In this document: positions 4,971 through 8,956 of the stretch, piece after piece
Position numbering within the stretch: position 1 is the first letter of the stretch
Layout of the letters: the number at the start of each line of letters is the position of its first letter
Assembly (NCBI GenBank): GCA_008932965.1
Contig: WBXG01000066.1
Span: forward strand, 1 to 8,956
Direction: 5' to 3'
Source: Verrucomicrobiota bacterium
Lineage (GTDB): Bacteria; Verrucomicrobiota; Verrucomicrobiia; Chthoniobacterales; UBA6821
DNA length: 8,956 nt
Position numbers and translations under genes: made by a program
The notes under the pieces: model-generated
What the model saw: only the letters and a program-made list of their open reading frames with translations
The model's database searches: none
What the model was told of the DNA's origin: nothing

Positions 4971-5579
4971 ATGAATTCTTTTCGAACTTTTTTTCTTTTG
5001 CTGCTCCTCGTTTTTCTTTTTTCCAGTTGTGCATCATATGATCATCGCCTCAACGACCCCTCGACGCGTTACCTAGGATTAAATGGTTCGCTCACTTCTC
5101 AAGAGCGTGGGACTTTTGCTGACCGTATTTCTTACTGGGATGGAGATGCTATTTCCGGAGCTCCCTCAATTGCCATCGATCTGAGTGAACAGCGACTCTA
5201 TTACTACAAAGGGAATAAACTTGTTGCCATTTCTGCTGTCTCTACGGGAGCAGAAGGGCGTGAAACAAAAACTGGTCATTACAGAATTATGAAAAAAGAT
5301 CTTCATCACGTCTCCTCTGAATGTGGAGATTATGTCAATAACCAAGGGGAAGTTGTGATTAAAAATGTTGTTGTTCGGGAGGTGCCAATGCCCTCAGGGG
5401 CGCATTTTGTCGGCTCTCCCATGCCTTATTACATGATGGTCTATCCAGGAGTAGGAATGCATACAGGGTTTCTTCCTGGGGTTCCTGATTCTCATGGGTG
5501 CATTAGACTGCCTGATCGTATGGCAAAAATCTTTTTTGAAGTAACCCCAATGGGCACACCTGTTACTGTGCAAAGGTAA
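4971..5579 (+). CDS. L,D-transpeptidase (YkuD domain) lipoprotein
   Basis: 202 aa. A signal peptide with a lipobox is present (LLLLVFLFSSC). The YkuD features are IAIDLSEQRLYYYKGNKLV and the catalytic motif SHGCIRLP near the C-terminus. Confidence 0.88.
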   Translation: MNSFRTFFLLLLLVFLFSSCASYDHRLNDPSTRYLGLNGSLTSQERGTFADRISYWDGDAISGAPSIAIDLSEQRLYYYKGNKLVAISAVSTGAEGRETKTGHYRIMKKDLHHVSSECGDYVNNQGEVVIKNVVVREVPMPSGAHFVGSPMPYYMMVYPGVGMHTGFLPGVPDSHGCIRLPDRMAKIFFEVTPMGTPVTVQR

Positions 5580-5726
5580 ACATGGCGAATACCTCAAAGA
5601 AAAAATCATCTGATAGCCGCTCTACGCTTTACAATATCGACACAATGTAAGTTATAAGCACTGATTTCAGAATTCATTTCCTTTACCCTTTACTCATCAC
5701 CCTTCACTGCATTCTAATTCCTTTTT

Positions 5727-6572
5727 ATGTTCTCCATCCATATTGCTCGTCATGGACAGCCTCTCGGTTCTTTTAGTGAAGAAGAAATTCGCGAAGGTAT
5801 TTCTTCAAAACGTTTTTTGAGAGATGATTTGGTATGGCGTATTGGAATGAGTGACTGGACTCCCTTGCATGAAGTTGCCGATGCCTGGGGCTTTGATATC
5901 GCTCAGTTGGGTGAGGTGATCACCAAGGGAGTAATACCACCTGATTGCATGGAACCAGCTTGGGAGAGACGCCATCAGCTTGGTTTCATCAAGGCCATCT
6001 ATCTTACCATAAAAATGGTACTCCTTGCTCCTAATCATGCATTTTCTAGGTTACAAATGACAGGAGGTTTCATGAATCCTCTGTTCTACTACCTCATCAT
6101 GGCAAGTCTTAGCTTTGCTATAAGAATTCTCTTTGAAACACCTCTGGTTTTAAAAAACCCTTCATTGTTAGGGACTCAATTTGCCTCGCTTTCTCAAAAT
6201 AATATCATTGTAGGTGCTATAGTTCTTATTTTTTTAAGCCCGCTTTTCTTTATCATTGGCATCTTTTTTTCCTCTGCAATAACGCACCTTAGTCTCAAAT
6301 TAGTTAAGGGAGCTCACGAGCCTTATGAGGCTACATTTCGTACATTCTGTTATGCATTAGGCTCTGTTGCAATTTTTCAACTTTTTCCGCTTCTTGGTGG
6401 AATCATTGCTGCCTTTTGGGGTGTGTTATCTTACTTTATTGGGTTAAAAAAAGTACATGTCATCTCATCGTGGCGAACCTTTTTTGCCATTTTAATTTCA
6501 ACAGTGATCTCTTTTGTGATCGTGATGGTGATGGTCGCGATATTCATCGTAACCTCAGGGGTCAAAGTCTAA
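5727..6572 (+). CDS. GYF_2 (DUF4339)-domain plus Yip1-like multi-pass membrane protein
   Basis: The N-terminus is of the GYF_2 type (G.F..EEI..GI......DDLVWRIGMSDWTPL). It is followed by about 5 hydrophobic helices in a Yip1-like arrangement. Confidence 0.7.
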   Translation: MFSIHIARHGQPLGSFSEEEIREGISSKRFLRDDLVWRIGMSDWTPLHEVADAWGFDIAQLGEVITKGVIPPDCMEPAWERRHQLGFIKAIYLTIKMVLLAPNHAFSRLQMTGGFMNPLFYYLIMASLSFAIRILFETPLVLKNPSLLGTQFASLSQNNIIVGAIVLIFLSPLFFIIGIFFSSAITHLSLKLVKGAHEPYEATFRTFCYALGSVAIFQLFPLLGGIIAAFWGVLSYFIGLKKVHVISSWRTFFAILISTVISFVIVMVMVAIFIVTSGVKV

Positions 6573-7335
6573 TTGTCTGACTTATAGTATCAGGTCTAGC
6601 ACACCATCGTTGAAGAGAAGATGAGTCATCAATAATTGAGTGAATTGCAGCAAGTGCTAATTCCTCTCGGTTACAATCAGCGCTTAAGTGACCTAAAGCC
6701 ACGTAACGCAACTCTTGATGAAGGAGATATTTTAATAATGCTGCTGCTGCATGATTGGAAAGATGACCGTGGCGGGAGGCAATACGTTGTTTTACAGCCC
6801 ATGGACGCTTAGTGTCTTGTTGAAGCAGTTCTTCATCGTAGTTGGCTTCGAGCAACAACCCATCCACATTATGCAAGGCATCAAGTACAAGTGACGAAGC
6901 ATAACCAAGGTCTGTTGCAAATCCAAAAGAGTATTTTTTTTCACGTAGGACGAATCCAACTGGATCAACAGCATCATGGGGGATCGAGAAAGAACGAACA
7001 TCAAGACTCCCAATGAGAAAAGAGGATCCTGTTTCAAAAATTTTCCATAACCGATGCTCCTTTATTTTATCACGAAGTACCGTTGCTGTATGGCGATTGC
7101 AATAGAGTGGTGTCGAGTAGTGCTTGCACCACTGGTCTAATCCTTTGACATGATCTCCATGTTCATGAGTAATTAAAATGCCTGAGATTTCCTCAGGCGT
7201 CACCCCGCAAAGAGCTAAACGTTCCCGAAGTTTTTTTGCGCTCAGGCCTGCATCGACAAGCACCGTGGCTCCTTCTGAACGCACCAGTGTTGCATTACCG
7301 CTGCTTCCACTGGCTAGAATGGTGACTTCAAACAT
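6562..7335 (-). CDS. MBL-fold metallo-hydrolase (YycJ/PhnP-like)
   Basis: The N-terminus is MFEVTILASGSSGNATLV and the metal-binding motif is ITHEHGDHVKGL. A later GHLS motif is also present. The ORF track begins at GTG 7353; ATG 7335 gives the family-typical N-terminus. The stop codon TGA is at 6564..6562. Confidence 0.85.
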   Translation of the reverse strand: MFEVTILASGSSGNATLVRSEGATVLVDAGLSAKKLRERLALCGVTPEEISGILITHEHGDHVKGLDQWCKHYSTPLYCNRHTATVLRDKIKEHRLWKIFETGSSFLIGSLDVRSFSIPHDAVDPVGFVLREKKYSFGFATDLGYASSLVLDALHNVDGLLLEANYDEELLQQDTKRPWAVKQRIASRHGHLSNHAAAALLKYLLHQELRYVALGHLSADCNREELALAAIHSIIDDSSSLQRWCARPDTISQTIRL

Positions 7336-7420
7336 TTCGTAAGAATGACGCACTGTTTTCTAGAGTACGAGATTTTTTACAGTTTCTAATTTTATTTTTT
7401 TATCTATAGTTCACTTTCAG

Positions 7421-7493
7421 GCGCTCGTAGCTCAGGGGATAGAGCAGGGGATTTCTAATCCCTTGGTCGCAGGTTCAAATCCTGCCGAGCGCA
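7421..7493 (+). tRNA. tRNA-Arg (anticodon TCT)
   Basis: The cloverleaf was folded by hand. The acceptor stem pairs GCGCTCG (7421..7427) with CGAGCGC (7486..7492), and the discriminator is A7493. The D-loop is AGCTCAGGGGATAGAGC. The anticodon stem is GGGGA/TCCCT with loop TT-TCT-AA. The T-arm is GCAGG-TTCAAAT-CCTGC. No CCA is encoded. Confidence 0.9.
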
Positions 7494-7510
7494 CGCTATT
7501 CGAACTATTC

Positions 7511-8383
7511 ATGGATATAATCAATCACAGTTCCATATCATTTAATGCTCTCAAGCTTGTTCGCTTTTTAGATAATCTCCCATTTTTGGAGATGCTTTTG
7601 ATCATTGTTGGAGTAACAGTTTTCATTGCAATATTGATGATAATAATAACTCATTATTTTATCGGGGAAAAAAAATATGTTGTTTCAGAAGGTGCTTTTG
7701 TAGCAAATGATATTAATGCCGGTATTGTAGGACTTATCTTAGCTTTTATTGTTGTTTCCATGTATGAAACGAATCAAAAGGCTAAAGAGAGCATTATGAA
7801 AGAGACAAGCATCTTGTGTTCTATTTTGAATACGTCGCAAATTCTCGACAATGCTGATCAGATTCGTGCTCTTGTACAGAGGTACACTCAAACTGTTACT
7901 CAAGAGGAGTGGCCATTGATGTGCTCTGGAAACATTGATAAAATATGGAGTTCCTCAAGCTTCATGATCAATCCTAAGACTCATGAGTTTAAAAATCCTT
8001 TTTACAAAGTTGTACAGGAGTCCCACCCCAAGGGAGTTATCCAAGAGAGTTTCTATAACTCACTTCCCAATTTATTAGAAAAATTAACCGATGCTCGTCG
8101 CACGCGAATTGAAGCTGCTGATTTTCATCTACCTATTCAATTTTGGAGAATTATTATTTTGATGACGATTATCTTGGTTTGGTTTGTGGTCTATATGAAT
8201 CCGTGTAATGGATGGCATTCCGTGATGCCAGTTGTTGTTTCATCACTCGTCATAGGCCTCTGTCTCTCCCTTTTGATTTCACTCCATTACCCATTTCTTG
8301 GCCCTTTTGCTGTTTCAACAAAGCCTTATTTTGAAGGTCCGCTCAATTTTTCAGTGACTCATAGCTCCTCTCAAAAAGAGTAA
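7511..8383 (+). CDS. Hypothetical membrane protein, possibly DUF4239-like (1-2 N-terminal and 2 C-terminal TM helices around a soluble helical region)
   Basis: The ORF track start at 7463 lies inside the tRNA gene. The first ATG downstream of the tRNA is 7511 (MDIINHS). The family assignment rests on topology and length only and is not secure. Confidence 0.7.
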   Translation: MDIINHSSISFNALKLVRFLDNLPFLEMLLIIVGVTVFIAILMIIITHYFIGEKKYVVSEGAFVANDINAGIVGLILAFIVVSMYETNQKAKESIMKETSILCSILNTSQILDNADQIRALVQRYTQTVTQEEWPLMCSGNIDKIWSSSSFMINPKTHEFKNPFYKVVQESHPKGVIQESFYNSLPNLLEKLTDARRTRIEAADFHLPIQFWRIIILMTIILVWFVVYMNPCNGWHSVMPVVVSSLVIGLCLSLLISLHYPFLGPFAVSTKPYFEGPLNFSVTHSSSQKE

Positions 8384-8384
8384 C

Positions 8385-8485
8385 TTAACCCGAATATTTC
8401 ATACTGATCTATTACGGAAGCCGGGAAGTCAGATGGATGCTGCGTTAGACTCACATTTTAACTTCGACATTATGTGCCAATAGAA
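8385..8485 (+). repeat. Half copy of the MITE-like repeat, copy 5 (left arm plus apex only)
   Basis: TTAA-CCCGAATATTTCATACTGATCTATTACGGAAGCCGGGAAGTCAGATGGATGCTGCGTTAGACTCACATTTT is nearly identical to 3367..3442. Similarity ends just past the apex (TATGTGCC, about 8470..8485). No right arm or right terminal repeat follows. Confidence 0.85.
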
Positions 8486-8519
8486 TCTCATTATTTCATG
8501 GTAAGGGTATGAGTAGTCC

Positions 8520-8956
8520 TTATCCAATGAGAGTTGCAAGCTCTTGAATAATTTTATCTGCTGCCTGGTTGATGAAAAATGCATCACGTCCTTCAATAAG
8601 GAGTCGCAAAAGTGGCTCTGTTCCTGAATAGCGCAATAAGAGACGCCCTTGTCCCTGGAGTTGCTTCTCTACTTCTTCAATGAGCGGAATTTTTTCATGT
8701 AAAACATCAATAGCTAGTTTTTCTTTAATACGCAGATGACGCTGTGCCTGGGGATATTTTATAAGGCACTTTCGAAGAAGGCTCAGGGATTGTTTTTTTT
8801 CCGTCATGAGGCGAAGCACTTGCAATGCTGCTATAATACCGTCTCCAGTAGTACTATGATCGTGAAATATAAGGTGCCCACTTTGCTCTCCTCCAATATT
8901 AAAGCCCTCACGTCTCATAGCTTCGATAACATAACGATCACCGACAGGTGTTCTAA
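8520..8956 (-). CDS. glmM: Phosphoglucosamine mutase, C-terminal portion. The 5' end lies beyond the window.
   Basis: The reading frame stays open to the window edge (..RTPVGDRYVIEAMRREGFNIGGEQSGHLIF..). The phosphohexomutase sugar-binding motif GEQSGH and the phosphate-binding loop RYSGTEPLLR are present. The stop codon is at 8522..8520. Confidence 0.85.
   Translation of the reverse strand, partial: RTPVGDRYVIEAMRREGFNIGGEQSGHLIFHDHSTTGDGIIAALQVLRLMTEKKQSLSLLRKCLIKYPQAQRHLRIKEKLAIDVLHEKIPLIEEVEKQLQGQGRLLLRYSGTEPLLRLLIEGRDAFFINQAADKIIQELATLIG

Noticed and set aside
5582-5650. 22-codon basic mini-ORF (MANTSKKKSSDSRSTLYNIDTM) just after the L,D-transpeptidase stop, with AAGG 6-9 nt upstream
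   Set aside because: It is too short to separate from chance without conservation or ribosome-profiling data.
504-7037. Shadow ORFs inside or antisense to well-supported genes (504..794 -, 655..888 -, 1614..1838 -, 1632..1874 +, 2276..2599 +, 2821..3039 -, 2903..3154 +, 4149..4394 -, 5394..5609 -, 5805..6038 -, 6792..7037 -)
   Set aside because: Each is nested within a longer ORF that has clear family signatures. Their translations are compositionally odd (Cys/Arg/Ser-rich).
7376-7410. Sigma70-type promoter for tRNA-Arg (TATAGT at 7405..7410, TTTACA at 7376..7381)
   Set aside because: The spacer between the two hexamers would be 23 nt. No -35 element at the correct spacing is visible, so the evidence is too weak to call.
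7463-7510. N-terminal extension of the 7463..8383 ORF
   Set aside because: The extension overlaps the T-arm and acceptor stem of tRNA-Arg. The first ATG after the tRNA (7511) is the plausible start.
7421-8485. Genomic islet integrated at tRNA-Arg
   Set aside because: I found no integrase, no direct repeat of the tRNA 3' end, and only one cargo gene before glmM.

Overview
This is a moderately AT-rich bacterial chromosomal segment. I cannot assign a taxon from the sequence alone. Ten protein-coding genes are supportable, and most lie on the + strand:
- a fused SpmA/SpmB-type nucleoside-recognition membrane protein
- a solitary RelE/ParE-like small protein
- a fused NirD/NirL (AhbA/AhbB)-like siroheme decarboxylase homolog
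- two small unknown genes, one TM-anchored and one beta-rich
- a lipoprotein L,D-transpeptidase
- a GYF_2 + Yip1 membrane protein
- an MBL-fold hydrolase (- strand)
- a DUF4239-like membrane protein
- the 3' part of glmM (- strand, cut by the window edge)

There is also a tRNA-Arg(TCT).

The main signal is a family of about 180-bp palindromic MITE-like repeats, which the gene list does not explain. There are 4 full copies in two tandem pairs, 1 copy cut by the window edge, 1 half copy and 1 degenerate remnant. All lie in the same orientation and all are intergenic. Each is bounded by TTAA or CTAA, and each tandem junction shares a single TTAA. The canonical unit is exactly 180 bp from TTAA to TTAA, and one frame is stop-free in each orientation. 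The two tandem pairs bracket the two-gene unknown module (3602..4376), giving a composite, MITE-flanked cassette architecture. The long ORFs over the repeats on both strands are most likely by-products of the repeat rather than genes. Everything here comes from reading the sequence by eye. No searches were run.
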